DNA of 64,000 nucleotides from NCBI RefSeq assembly GCF_018350175.1, contig NC_058368.1:25298001-25362000 (forward strand). The letters are read 5' to 3'. The notes beneath the pieces are model-generated. The model was given only the letters and a program-made list of their open reading frames with translations. It did no database searches and was not told the DNA's origin. A program made the position numbers and the translations under genes. Positions 12,286-25,150 of this stretch are shown here, one piece after another. The stretch's first letter is position 1, and every line of letters begins with the position of its first letter. The DNA is from Felis catus. Taxonomy: Eukaryota.

Positions 12286-12299
12286 GTTACCATGGCAGC
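12286..12299. promoter_or_regulatory. RFX X-box-like motif
   Basis: GTTACCATGGCAGC, one mismatch to GTTRCCATGGYAAC. Confidence 0.45.
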
Positions 12300-12516
12300 C
12301 CCCCAATGTCCCCCTTGAGATGGGCCTCCATTTGCAGACCCCATCCCCTCCATTATGGGACCACAACACATTTATCACCTTTACTCCCCCAGGGGGCTTC
12401 CAGACGGTCTGTGCTATTGATCGTTTCAGCAATTTACCAGGTAGGGAATTAGAGTTATGGGTTAGTAATTTCCTGTGTGCCTCTTCCTTCCCTTCTCAAA
12501 GTTTGGTGCTAATTTA

Positions 12517-12737
12517 TTTTTTTTTAATTTTTTTTTTAATGTTTATTTATTTTTGAGACAGAGAAAGACAGAGCATGAACAGGGGAGGGGCAGAGAGAGG
12601 GAGACACAGAATCTGAAGGAGGCTGCAGGCTCTGAGCTGTCAGCACAGAGCCCGACGCGGGGCTCGAACCCACAGACCGTGAGATCATGACCTGAGCGAA
12701 GTCAGACGCTTAACCGACTGAGCCACCCAGGCACCCC
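12517..12737 (-). mobile_element. Can-SINE
   Basis: TSD agtttggtgctaattta. Confidence 0.95.
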
Positions 12738-13603
12738 AGTTTGGTGCTAATTTAATCCTCATAAGGACGCTGCGCTCCTCCGATGCCCTGATGGCTGGCT
12801 AGTTATTCATCTGCGAGACTTCGCAAAACTCCCTGACAGCCAGTATGTCCCTGGCTGACGTCAGACACAAGATCAGGCACCAAAAGCTCATCCAGCCAAA
12901 AGAAAGGACTAAGAACACATAAAAGACCCAAGTAGTCAGAAACTGCCAAAGGCAGGGAAAGAAAGCTTTGCGCTGTCTGAAGGATCACAGAGCTGGATTT
13001 GGCCCAGCAGTGGGAAGGACAGGATTGAACTCCTGCGGGGGACACCGCACGAGACAAGCATTCACCTCCCCACGGTTCAGTTCCCAAGGCAGTGTTCCAG
13101 TCGAGCGCCAAGCGTTATCAGCCAGATGTGTTCAACCAAGAAAAGCCGAGAAACGGGGATAAATATTCCGCACAGGACATGACAGGACGTCACAGCTCTC
13201 CCACTGCTGTGGCCCTTCCTTCTTCCTCTTCCTCTTCCTCTTCCTTTTTCTTCTTTTTTGCCTACTGTCTCTTGCATAATTCTGAAAATTCTCATGTCCC
13301 GAGCTGGAATGACTCGCCTCACTCTAAATTCAAATTTTTGCCCTACCCCCAGCTCACGGTTGGCTGGGACCAGGCACTGGTGCCCAGTGCATTTCTTCAG
13401 CCTCTTTACCCCCAGAAGAGGGACTGGCAAAGAGCCTTGCCAAAGAATTGACCTGCTGGGAAGCGGCCACTTAACTTTCGCTTGGGCCCTTCAATCTACA
13501 GAAGGGTTCCCAACCTCATTTTCACTACTGTACCCAATACTACACTGGATCCATTGACATGTTTTTCCTACTTGCTCCCACCTATGAAGTTTTACTACCA
13601 CTT

Positions 13604-13818
13604 GGGGCGCCCGGGTGGTTCAGTCAGGGTCCGACTTTGGCTCAGGTCATGATCTCGAGGTTTGTGAGTTCAGGCCCCGCGTCGGACTCTGTGCTGACAG
13701 CTCGGAGCCTGGAGCCCGCCTCGGATTCTGTGTCTCCCTCTCTCTCTCTCCCCCTCCCCTGCTCTCTCTCTCTCTCAAAAGTAAATAAACATTAAAAAAT
13801 TTTTTAAAAAATAAAATT
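13604..13818 (+). mobile_element. Can-SINE
   Basis: Head, CT tract and A tail. Confidence 0.9.
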
Positions 13819-14784
13819 TAACACCGCAGATATACAGATTCTGTGTATCTGTTTATGCACTGTATGTTTACCCATGCTGTATACATAAAGAGAATATTAT
13901 TTTTTTCTCACCAGCCAAGAAAAAAATTTTGTTCTCCTGGGAGCATTATCACCCCCTTAAGGAGGGAAAATGGAAGCTTAAATGCACAGTAAAGGTATGA
14001 TGGTTTATAAACAGGCATGTCCTCTTGAGTGGAGAAAACTGGGAGCCTGGTAAATGGGAAAAGGAGCCACTTAGGACAAAAAGGGTACAGACAGAGCAGG
14101 AGGACCCAAGACGTTTATATCCTTTATAAGATTACCAAGGGCTGAATTGAAAGTGGGCCTTATTTACTGGCACAGTGTCCATTTATGAAAGGCATAAATA
14201 TCACCTTCAATTTCTACAACTACTGCCTTTCTCCATAATTTGACAGTCTCGGTGTTTGAAGAAATGTTATGCAGGACTGATTTTCACTAACCAGGAACAC
14301 CTTTTTCAGAACAGACGGAGGCCTTTCCTCTGTCCACCGCCCCCCCCCCCCCGCCCCCCCTTCCTCTGCTCTCACCCTCGCTGTATGACATCCCTCTGTC
14401 CAGCAATCCCCAGCAAGAGCCTCAGGCCCTCAGTGGTGCTCTGGGCCATTCAGAGTTTATTACAGCATTTTGTAATTAGCCAGGAGTACTTTAGACTCAT
14501 ATTTTTAATCCTCATCTCCCTGATTGATTTTCTAAATTATGTGTCAGCATGAAGGTGTTTAAAAAAAAAAAAAAAACCACTTAACTCAGCAGCAATTAAC
14601 TGCAAAGCTTTTAAAGCTTAGTTTTCATTTCATAGGTCTTCAAGAGCCAGAAATAATATCAATAATACCGAAATCAAGTTGTATTTTATCCCTGTTTAAA
14701 AAGGCGGCAAGTGGTTTGTGAGGCACCGTTTATCTAAGCAACATCTAATCTTTTCTGCCTCATATCTAGATGTCAGAATTTCCT

Positions 14785-14838
14785 ACACACACACACACAC
14801 ACACACGCACACACACACGCACACACACACACGCACAC
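14785..14838. repeat. (CA)n microsatellite with CG interruptions
   Basis: Read directly. Confidence 0.95.
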
Positions 14839-15544
14839 CATCGAGGAAAATATAGTTGGGCAGGATTTAGCTAAAGTGGGCATCGCTCATGAAGAGGGTG
14901 TTGAGAATGTTCTCGATCCTTCAACACTTTTAGCATGCCAACATTTTGTCTCGGGCAGTGCTTACGTTTAGGACAACTGGTGACATCCTCATGCATTTTC
15001 CAGAACTGGAAAAGCTAAGCCTCTAAAAGCAAAACCCTTGAGGTTATTCTCAGTGTAGAGTAAAAAGCATAAGCAAGGAAAAACTGCCCCGATGCCTCTT
15101 TTTCAAACACCGTTTAAAGAGCCCCCAGTTTGCAGGGAGCTTGGAGACCGGATTATTTTGCAGCCACGGTGAGCAAAGAACTCTTTCTGGAACTTGGTAT
15201 TTGTTTGGAGATCCGAGCTGGCCCCTGAGGTAAATGTTAAGATAACTGTCCCCAGGGGTCATTCACAGTTGAAGATTATGAACATCCAAGCAATACTGTA
15301 AATCAAGGAGAAAGAGACAGAAAGAGCTGATATAAGGAGAATCTCCAGTCCATCATATATTGCAGAAAGACCGAGGCTGATTTCTGGCAAAAATGTCCCC
15401 TCCACTGTCTTCCACCTGTCAGTCACCAAGCAGCTACTTATAGCTTTCTATTCCCATTGTGCCTTTTAGGTCTGCTCTCAATGCTAATTTTAACCACACA
15501 TCACCTTCAACTTTTACGTACTGGAATATGAAAATAAAGGGGTG

Positions 15545-15546
<2 letters not shown>

Positions 15547-15582
<36 letters not shown>
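15547..15582. repeat. (GT)n microsatellite
   Basis: Read directly. Confidence 0.95.
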
Positions 15583-15587
<5 letters not shown>

Positions 15588-16435
15588 GTGTTTTAGGACA
15601 AGCAGCCAGCCTCTCCGTGACCTGGTCATAGGATGCCTTTTCAGAAGATGCAAAATTTATCCTTTATTCCTAGGCTAATTGGTCTACTTGAGCCCACACA
15701 CCTAAACTCCTCTTGCCTCACAGCATATTTTATTTTAATGGATGCAGACCTTGATAGGTCATCTAGTTTTCCTTTTAGCCTTGACTGCCAGGAATCTCAA
15801 AGCTAAATCCGTTGCAGTAACTGGCTTTGGCACACATTTTCCAGCACATTATCTTACCCCTGCCCCACCCTTCCTCCCTGTTCATGACGTGATATCGGGC
15901 CTTTGTTCTTTTATCCTGACTCGAAGGTAACTCCTGCGATAAGCTCTCCCGTAGCTTTTTTGGTGAGAATACAAATAAAAGAAGAACTAAATGGTCTTTG
16001 AATGACTTTTCATTATGGAACAACGTCTTGGCGATACGCCTGAGTTGACATCCTTATTAAGAAAGGCTGGTCCGCGGCGGTGATTTAGCGGGGGTGATTA
16101 GCACACACATCAGAATTCATGAAACCTCTACGGCATGACCTGCGCCACGTGAACAGAAAGTCATTTCCGCCCGTCTCGGTTAAGTTTCCCCATCTATAAA
16201 ACGGTAACAACGCGTGCTCCTTCTCCCTGTTACACTCGTGTTACGAGGATCAATGCCACAGCGTCTACAGAGTGCTTTGAGCTCCTCAGGGGACAGTGCT
16301 CTATGACTATAATTACCATTACTGACAGCAGCGAGGAACTGCTGTGGGCTCTTCGAGGAACAGTCGTGGCTCGGGCACCCGCCTCTTCTTCCACCGGGGC
16401 TGTGCGTAGGCGGGCGCACAGACCGCGTTTTCCTT

Positions 16436-16622
16436 CTGCTAGGGGGCGTACTTGCCACCGGCTCCGGTCACCGATATAAAAGAGATCTCAAAACGCAGAA
16501 AGGTTCCAGGAAGGCCGAGAACAACACATCACCACCGCTGCCGGTCAAAGGAGGCTCGAAACACCCAACAGTACATCAGCGTAAACAGGCGCGTTGTGAG
16601 GACAGCCGGCAGCAGGTGGCAC
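16436..16622 (+). promoter_or_regulatory. two CTCF-like motifs in a CpG-rich patch
   Basis: CTGCTAGGGGGCGT at 16436-16449 and GCAGCAGGTGGCAC at 16609-16622. Confidence 0.45.
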
Positions 16623-16874
16623 GGGGCCTGGGTGCGTTCAGTTAGTCTACACACAATCCTTTTCCTGGTTAGGAAGTGCTTTGATAGGATCCCATTCTTT
16701 ACACTGAAAGGAAAAAAATAGATGATGGCCATATCCATCAAGCTGTCAAGGCTTTTTATGACCCTTTTAAGACTACCTCTACTAGAAGCCTGTATTATCT
16801 ATCTCAAGGAGACACCAGGACTCAAGTGCACAACTTTCTCACCTGCCTCCTGATTGTGACTGCCTTCCTTTCTC

Positions 16875-17104
16875 TTTTTATTTTTAAATTTTTTTTTCAA
16901 CATTTTATTATTTATTTTTGGGACAGAGAGAGACAGAGCGTGAACGGGGGAGGGGCAGAGAGAGAGGGAGACACAGAATCGGAAGCAGGCTCCAGGCTCT
17001 GAGCCATCAGCCCAGAGCCCGACGCGGGGCTCGAACTCACGGACCGCGAGATCGTGACCTGGCTGAAGTCGGACGCTTAACCGACTGCGCCACCCAGGCG
17101 CCCC
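16875..17104 (-). mobile_element. Can-SINE (young type)
   Basis: TSD gccttcctttctctt. Confidence 0.95.
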
Positions 17105-17856
17105 GCCTTCCTTTCTCTTATCTGCTACCACTCTCCAGCATTTTCAGCTCCGTCAGAATCCCACGGGCAAATTCCTCCTCGGGACAGCTCCGATCCCTCC
17201 CCTAATCTGAACCGTGCAGCCAAAGGAGTTTTCAGACAGTATTTTTAAATAGATCTTCTGATGTTTTGTTTCTCCAGACCCTCTGTTTTTGGATATTTTC
17301 TTCCAAGCCTTTTCCGACCCTAAAAAAAAAAAAAAAAAAAAAAGGGAAAGAAAAGAAAAAATGCCAGGACGAATCCTAAAATCACGCATCATTTACTTGG
17401 TTCTGGAAAAAGTACAATTGCCTGCTATGTTAAAAATCTGGGTACAACTCATAGTAATGATGATGTGCAGCAGCAACAGCTAAACAAAAACGTTTAGAAC
17501 TGAATGAAATGAGATGGTGTCTGGGTCAGGAGACGATAGCGCCAAAGCAAAAAGAATTGAAAAAAAAAAAATATATATATATATGCATACGTATGTAGTT
17601 CCAAGATTCATTTGGGTGCAAAAGAAAAAATGTACTGTACTTAGCATTCTGCTTTCAGCGTAGCATCAATGAATGCCAGGAAATGCGATTTCAGAATATC
17701 TGAAATTCAACTGCAAACTTGCATTAACACTCAGGAAAGAGGAGGGGAACACAAAGTGACAAATTTGCTTGGAGTCGTGCAGACTCCTTTTTAGCCAAAT
17801 TGCTGGTTTGAGACAGCTCATCATCTCTGTAAGAACACGAACTGCAGACTTGTCAC

Positions 17857-17857
<1 letters not shown>

Positions 17858-17897
<40 letters not shown>
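17858..17897. repeat. poly-C run of 40 nt
   Basis: Read directly. Confidence 0.95.
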
Positions 17898-17898
<1 letters not shown>

Positions 17899-18470
17899 TG
17901 CAAACACAAGCTGAGTGATGATGCGTCGTCGGCCCTCCCCAATCAGCAGCCCAGTTTCTGTTCTCTGCGATGCGGTCAGGGCCAAAGAAGAGCCTTCTCT
18001 GGGGACTAATGAAGGACTGTCATCGGGGCTCTACGGCTGGATAATGGCGGAATAAATGCAATGGACGAGCGGCACCTCGTGTGGAAAGCCCAAGTCTCAC
18101 TAACAAAGGGAACCGGCTCGGTGATTGAAGGCCCCTCTAGTGCGCTAACAAGACACTGCTCTTTGTCGCCTCCGTCCCCTGGCCTGTCCTCAGGGACTGT
18201 CACCTCCTTTTCCCAGATAATCAAGCTTATTTCAAAGCAGCCAATTACTCAAATTGGGAGCACGCCTCCAATGAATGCTCTCCCAGACACTTCAAGAAAA
18301 ACTGAAACCAGTGGTCATGAACTCTTAGGAGGCGGCTCTTAGCCCCCATCTGACTCCAGATGCCCAAAAGGAACCCAATAGATGTGTGGTGGGAAGCAAT
18401 ACACGTATTGCTTATTAAATACTTGGGTTATTATTAAATAACCCAGTGACTTATTAAATACTTGGGTTAT

Positions 18471-18687
18471 GGGGTACCCGGGTGGCTCAGTCAGTTACGT
18501 TTCCGATTCTCGGTTTTGGCTCAGGTCATGGTCTCGGGGTTCATGAGTTCAAGCCCCGCGTCGGGCTCTGTGCTGACAGCACGGAGCCTGCTTGGGATTC
18601 TCGCTCTCCCTCTCTCTCTCCGTCCCTCCCCCGCTCACACTGTCTGTCTCTCTCAAAATAAATGAATAAAAACTTAAAAAAAAAAAA
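18471..18687 (+). mobile_element. Can-SINE (older type)
   Basis: Diverged TSD aaatacttgggttat / aaatacttagattgt. Confidence 0.9.
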
Positions 18688-21034
18688 TACTTAGATTGTG
18701 ACAGGCCTCTAATATTCTATTTCATCCAAAGATAGAACTGAATCACCACACTAATCGTAGGAGCATATCACTAGCTTCCTGTTAACGGGCGAAGACTCAG
18801 AAACAGCGTAAGTGACTTGCCCAGGGTCAGGCAGGTAGTAAGAGTCTGACTCCGCACTCCATGCCTTTAACTTCTACACTGAGATCGCATGTGGGAATCA
18901 AGGCCTCCCCTCCCGTCGCCGGCTCCCTGGAACCAGCAATCTAGGGAGGCAGACAGCTACCCTGACGTTCTATAGGAGACCCACACAGCAGAAGGTTTTA
19001 TGGGCTCATCACAACCTCCTTCCTGCCCTCTCTCAGGCCGTCCCACGTCGAAAGCTGGCGAAGGGGAATGAAGGCCAAAGCTCAGGCCAAGTACCCTTGA
19101 AAGCCCGTCCCCCTGTCCCGGTGGGCACCTTTCTCCCTCCCTTGCCGCTACCCCCTGTACTGCACAATTAGACACGTGCTCCCACACCCAGGCTACGTTT
19201 CTCCTGACCTCGCTGTTTTTGTCACTTGTCCTAGCGAAGCTCTGAGAAGGAGGCTGCCCCCTAACGCGGGTGGGACAAGGTAAGTCCTAGAGTCCCTCCA
19301 GGTCCAAATTTCTGGAACTGAAGTTCCTCCTGGATTACCAAGGAACCCCATAAGCCTGCCTTAGAGCCACGACGCGGCTCAGCTGAGACGCCACACCAAG
19401 GCCACCGTGCACAGAAGCGGAATTCTGGTGCTTGGTTGACATCAGGTAAACTGCGCCCTGTTTTCATGGAGGCCACGTAAACCCACAGTGAAAGAAGCCA
19501 TGGAAAGGGGCTTCAAACTCCTGCCATATGGTGGGATGACTTCTTCCAAACCCATCCTCGAAACTTGATTCTGTTGTGTCAAATCCTTTCCGGTTGTGGT
19601 GGTATTCTTTTCCTTTTCTTTAAAAACAAAACACTAAAAATACGTAAGTCCTCCGGGGGAGTACTCGTCCACGCCCTTAAAATGTGACTGCACTTGAGAA
19701 TTCCCACTCCCTCCAAGTATTTCATTCCTGCTTCTTGTCTTGGGCTCAGTGCACAGAGGGCCGGAGGGCGGCCGGCGTCCTCCCTCCCTCCCGCCGCGGC
19801 TGCCGCTCAGGCCTTTACAAGACTCACGCCTTTCTGGCACCCTCTGTAGTCCTGGCGCCCCCGTCCCCTTCCGTCTCTTCCTTCCAGGCTGCTGAGAAAC
19901 CGAGGAGTCAGGAATCAGAAGCGAAATTATCTTCTTCAAAATTTATTGCCGCCCCAACATGCCATCCCCGACTGATGAGATCATTTCCGTGTACCAACGT
20001 AAAGTAATCCAAAGTTTGACTTAGGTAGTCATCGGGAACTCTGTATGCTGATCCGAATGAGGTAACAGATATCAGACTGCTTTGAAAAAGCTAAAACACT
20101 GTGCCTGACAAGTCTAAGCTGTGTGTGCGTTATAAGATACATGTATATATGATACGTAGGCATATACGTGTGTGTGTATATATATATATATATGTGCCTG
20201 TGTAGTATATACACATGTACATGCCTATGTATCATCTATATTTAGGTGAGATACTATGAAAATTGGTCAAAAAGTTTCTCTTACCTCCCCCACACAAGAA
20301 AACACTCCTCCACCCATTCATATGGGTTGTACTTTTCATTTATGTTCAAACCCTCAGTCGTCTGGGCCCAAAAACAATTTCTTTCAAGTTGGCTCCATCA
20401 GCCTTTTTGTGAGGGGCCGGCTAAGTGTCAACGGGCCAGAGGATTCGCCGGAACATGACGCTTGGGCTGGTCCCACGTTCACCATCGTGGACTCACTGAC
20501 GGGGCCGGGAATTGGCAGCATTGGCTATTAAGCACTTTTTTTTTTTTAATTAAGCTACTCAGTGATCCTTCTTGTGAATGATTCCCTTCTCACAGCAATT
20601 GATCAATCAAGAGAGGTCTTCTGCAGAGAACGGGAGAAATTTCACATCCCCGGGAGGATGGGTTCTCGCGAATTGTAGCAGAGGCTCCCCTCCGCTCACG
20701 GATACCCAGATGACGGTTACAAGAACGCACCAGAAGGCCCAGCTGTGGCAGCGGGGTGCTCTGTGGTAAGGCCCCTAGGATATTTGACCATGGGCCAACA
20801 GCAGAGCCTCCACCCAAAGAGTCAGAGGAGCCTCCGTTGATGGCCTCTATAAATCCTTGGGTATTTGGTCCACTCGGCAACGACCAATGACTTTCAGGCT
20901 TCCGTCCGCCTTCAGAAAATCCAAGCCTGGAGCAACAGTTCAAACAGAAAATCATCCCCCCCCCCCCTTTCCAGCATGCGGTCTTCCTTCCACCCCCACC
21001 ACCGGGCTCCCTTCTGCCACCTGGCAAATGCCCA

Positions 21035-21048
21035 GCGCCCTCTAGTGA
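21035..21048 (-). promoter_or_regulatory. CTCF motif
   Basis: Minus strand TCACTAGAGGGCGC, one mismatch to the core. Confidence 0.6.
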
Positions 21049-21668
21049 CGACGGTGGATGGAGCCAGTGGCTGCACGCGGTCTTTGAGCGCGACAGAAAT
21101 CTCGAGGCATTTAACTCTTTTTCATTGTTTCCTTCTTCGATGGCGTTCAAAGGTCAGAAGTCGTTGGCTCGTTGCGGAACCGGAAACAACATGAAACCGC
21201 ACGGAACCAATATTCATCTCAGCACACCCCGCCTCCAACGGGCCTCCGCCTAATAATCCACTACTCCCAGGCATCCCTGCACTCACGCACGTGTACGCAG
21301 GCAGACGTGCACGGATACCGAAGGTTTTCTGGGCTTGGTTTAGACGTTTGTGGCCAACATTTCGAAAACCACACTCTACACGTTGTTCTGCAACTTGCCT
21401 TGTTCGCTTGACAACGTCACCGACATCCCTCGGTATCACTTCGTGATTGCGGCCCAACCGACCGATTCAGTGGGGGTTACCAAACGACAGCCAGCCAGCC
21501 AGCCGCCTGTCTTTGCAAAAACAAAAAGTTTTATTCCAGCACAGCCACACCCATTCGTTTCCTCTACGGTCAACGGCTGCTCCTGTCCGCAACCCAAAAG
21601 TAAGTCATCGTGATAGAGATCTTACAGGCTGTCTGACCCTTTAAAACACTTTTGCAAACCCCTGCCTT

Positions 21669-21887
21669 GGGGGCACCCGGGTGGCTCAGCTGGTGGTGTC
21701 TGACTCCGGCTCTGGTTATGATCTCACTGTACGCGAGTTCGAGCCCCGCGTCGGGCTCTGCGCTGACAGCTCCGACCCTGGAGCCTGCCTCGTATTCTCT
21801 CTCCCTCGCTCTCTGCCTGTCCCCCACTCCCTCGCGCTCCCGGTCTCTCAAAAACAAACTTTTTTTTTAAATTAAAAAAAAAAAAAA
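21669..21887 (+). mobile_element. Can-SINE
   Basis: TSD ending aacccctgcctt. Confidence 0.9.
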
Positions 21888-21904
21888 CCTTTCGCCAACC
21901 CCTG

Positions 21905-22170
21905 CCTTAAAACAGCAACCATTCATTTCCTCATGGTTCTGTAGATTAGCAGTCTGGGCAGGGCTCAGCCCGATAGTTCTTCTGCGGGTCTCAGCTAGGG
22001 TCACGCGTGCGACCGGCCATTTAGCTAACTAGTCCCAAGGGCCGGGTTCACACGTTGGCAGCTGGTCCTGGCTGTCGGCGTGGGAACACGTGTCCGGATT
22101 TCTTCATATGGTGGCCGCATTCCAAGAGGTCGCCCTCCAAGGCAGATACAAGTCTGCACATCCACAGCGT
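21905..22170 (-). mobile_element. MaLR LTR fragment (MLT1G/H-like)
   Basis: ttaaaacagcaaccattcattt...tctgggcagggctcagc...ttcttctg pattern. Confidence 0.65.
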
Positions 22171-22633
22171 CTACTCCTATCATTTCAGGCATTTTTCTTT
22201 CGAATTTCTTCTCTTGTTTTACGTTTTTGTCAAACTTGTAAGAGGTCATCGTATATACAGATTTTAATACATTGTCTATCAAAGGCAATTTTACCCTCTA
22301 TGTTCTCTATATTACACAGTCAAACTTGCCTCTTTTCTTTTATGGATACTGGGTTCTCAGTCTTCATTACCGCCGTTTCTCCAAATCCTGGATTGTATTT
22401 GCATTTTCCCAGATTTCTTTTGTAATTTTTACTGTCCTCTTTTTACGTTAACTTGTTGATCCTTTCATAATTTTATTCTATAATAGGAGATAGGGAACCA
22501 ACCTGATTTTCTTCTAGATGGAGAACTCCTTGGGCCAGTATCTTTGGTTAAATAAACCAAGCTCTTCCCACTAGGTAGAATCCATTTCTGGATTCTCTAC
22601 TCTCTGCCACTTTCTCTTTGTCATCACGCTTAC

Positions 22634-22858
22634 TTTTTTTTTTAATTTTTTTTTTCAACGTTTATTTATTTTTGGGACAGAGAGAGACAGAGCATGAACG
22701 GGGGAGGGGCAGAGAGAGAGGGAGACACAGAATCGGAAACAGGCTCCAGGCTCCGAGCCATCAGCCCAGAGCCTGACGCGGGGCTCGAACTCCCGGACCG
22801 CGAGATCGTGACCTGGCTGAAGTCGGACGCTTAACTGACTGCGCCACCCAGGCGCCCC
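22634..22858 (-). mobile_element. Can-SINE (young type)
   Basis: TSD tcatcacgcttactt. Confidence 0.95.
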
Positions 22859-23908
22859 TCATCACGCTTACTTATATCAGGTCAGTTTTGAGGCTTTAGA
22901 ATGTGTTCTGAAATCTGATCAAGGAAAAACCATCTTACTATTGTTTTCATATTTTTTCGCAAGTTCAGATACAATTATTCTTCCACATAAACCTTAAGAT
23001 CACATTATCCAATTAAAAGCTAAACAAACACATTAACACAACACTGCTGGGTTTCTAACTGCAATTGCATTATATTTCTATTAATTTGGGGGAATTGACA
23101 TTTTTAGAACAATCATGCCTTCCCTTCCAAGAATATAGTATGATTTTTCATTTGTTCACGTAAAATTTTTTCTTACATTTTATATCTTATGTTTCTTCGT
23201 CGGCATGTTATAAATTTTGTAACTACTGTTAATGACATTTTCAGGCTTTACGTGGGTATTGCTAAAACGGAGAAGAGTTATTATTTTGTACGTTTGGTTG
23301 GTATCCAAACACTTTGACAAATTCTGTCTTCTAGTAGATGTTCAGAGAAAATAGTCACATCACATGCAAAAAAAAAAAGTTTCGTCTCTTTTTTCTTATT
23401 GTTTCTATTGATTACAAAATCAACAATAATCCAGTCTGTAATAGTGCAAAGTCTGCTATAAGACAATCAACAGGTGAGCTCAAATGGAAAGAAGAGAACT
23501 TTTTACCGGGAATGAGGGAGGATACGGAGGGAAGGTGAGTGAGTGGTGCATACCCAGATCTCCATTATTCTCTCGGACCAATTTACCCGATGAAACAGGA
23601 ACCAAACATCTGAGAAATTTCTGGATAATTGCCAATATCCTGGGAAGTCCAGCCTACAGCTATACAGATATGTAAGCTGAAACACCTAAGTTCTATCAAA
23701 TAGCACCAAACTACAACCAGGAAATAATTAATTTAGAAAGCACGGCTTAACCCCCCAAATCCCAGCTGGCTGTACACCTGATCTTATTAAACTCACAAAA
23801 ACCCAACTCCACGGTGCACACCATACAAAATACAAAAATACAACTCTGCACGGTTGAACTTTCAGGACTTCATTTGTTGTATTGGTTTTAATGTTTTTGT
23901 CTCATGGT

Positions 23909-24358
23909 ATTTTTTTTTATGTTTATTTTTGAGATAGAGAGCACCAGTGTGGGAGGGGCAGAGAGAGACAGGGACAGAGGACCCAATGCGGACTCTGTAC
24001 TGAGAGCACAGCCCGATGTGGGGCTCAGACTCACAAACTGTGAGATCATGACCTGAGCTGAAGTCAGAGGCTCAACTGAGCCACCCAGGCGCCCCTGGGT
24101 TTTTTTGTTTGTTTTGTTTTGTTTTTTTGTTTTTGTTTTTTTTAATTTTTTTTTTCAACGTTTATTTATTTTGGGGACAGAGAGAGACAGAGCATGAATG
24201 GGGGAGGGGCAGAGAGAGAGGGAGACACAGAATCGGAAACAGGCTCCAGGCTCCGAGCCATCAGCCCAGAGCCTGACGCAGGGCTTGAACTCACGGACCG
24301 CGAGATCGTGACCTGGCTGAAGTCGGACGCTTAACCGACTGCGCCACCCAGGCGCCCC
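23909..24358 (-). mobile_element. two tandem Can-SINEs (23909-24095 older; 24135-24358 young)
   Basis: Two reverse heads separated by (TTTTG)n. Confidence 0.9.
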
Positions 24359-24921
24359 TGTTTTGTTTTGTTTTTTATTGTCCTTATCGCATTCCCTAGA
24401 GCCTTGAAGAAAAAATTGTTGAATAATGGCAGGAGGAGCCATCTCTGTGCAGTTCTTGCTTGACTTTAATATAAGTTGTTTTGCATTGTATTATTCATAA
24501 TAATATTTGCTGGTGGCTTTTGACAACTGGTCTTCATCATTATTAAGTACCTTCCTTCTGATTAAGTCAGGAACTTTTACCTTCGGCTAAAAGTAACAGA
24601 AAACCTGATTGTGGCTCGAACAAGAAATTTAGAGGGCAACAGTGACTGGTGTTCATTGAGCAGTTCGGCAAAGTCGAGAACGGAATACGTGGAATGAGGT
24701 GGCCCATTCCTACTGTGCCGAAGAGAGAGGACGAAGTGCTCACAAGAATTGTGAAGCCATGAAGAAGAACAAGGGGACAAGGAAAGAGGCAGGGTTAAGG
24801 GGTGGGCTATAGAGAAGAAAAGGAGGAAATCCTCTGATGTGGAGGGAAAAAGTCCTGCAGCATTTCCTGAAAGACAAAACGGACAACCCATGGAAGATAA
24901 GATTTTGATTTTAAAGCTTCA

Positions 24922-25150
24922 GGGGCACCTGGGTGGTTCGGTCGATTAAGCATCGGACTCCTGGTTTCAGCTCAGGTCAGGATCTCACAGTTCATGAGTT
25001 CGAGCCTCCCATCAGGCTCTGCGCTGCCAGTGTGGAGCCTGCTTGGGATTCTCATTCATTCTCTCTCTCTGTCTCTCTCTCTCTCTGTCTCTGCCCCTGC
25101 TCACACTCTCTGTGTCTCTCTAAATAAATAAACTTAAATAAATTATTTAA
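24922..25150 (+). mobile_element. Can-SINE (older type)
   Basis: Full length; short TSD aaagctt. Confidence 0.9.

Larger units (their letters stand above)
22190..24560 (-). mobile_element. ancient L1M fragments, interrupted
   Basis: T-rich antisense ORF2-like text, e.g. ttaatttgggggaattgacattttt and agaaaatagtcacatcacatgcaaa. Confidence 0.65.

Noticed and set aside
20590..21150. 186-aa minus-strand ORF
   Set aside because: GC-rich low-complexity translation with no recognisable domain or splice structure.
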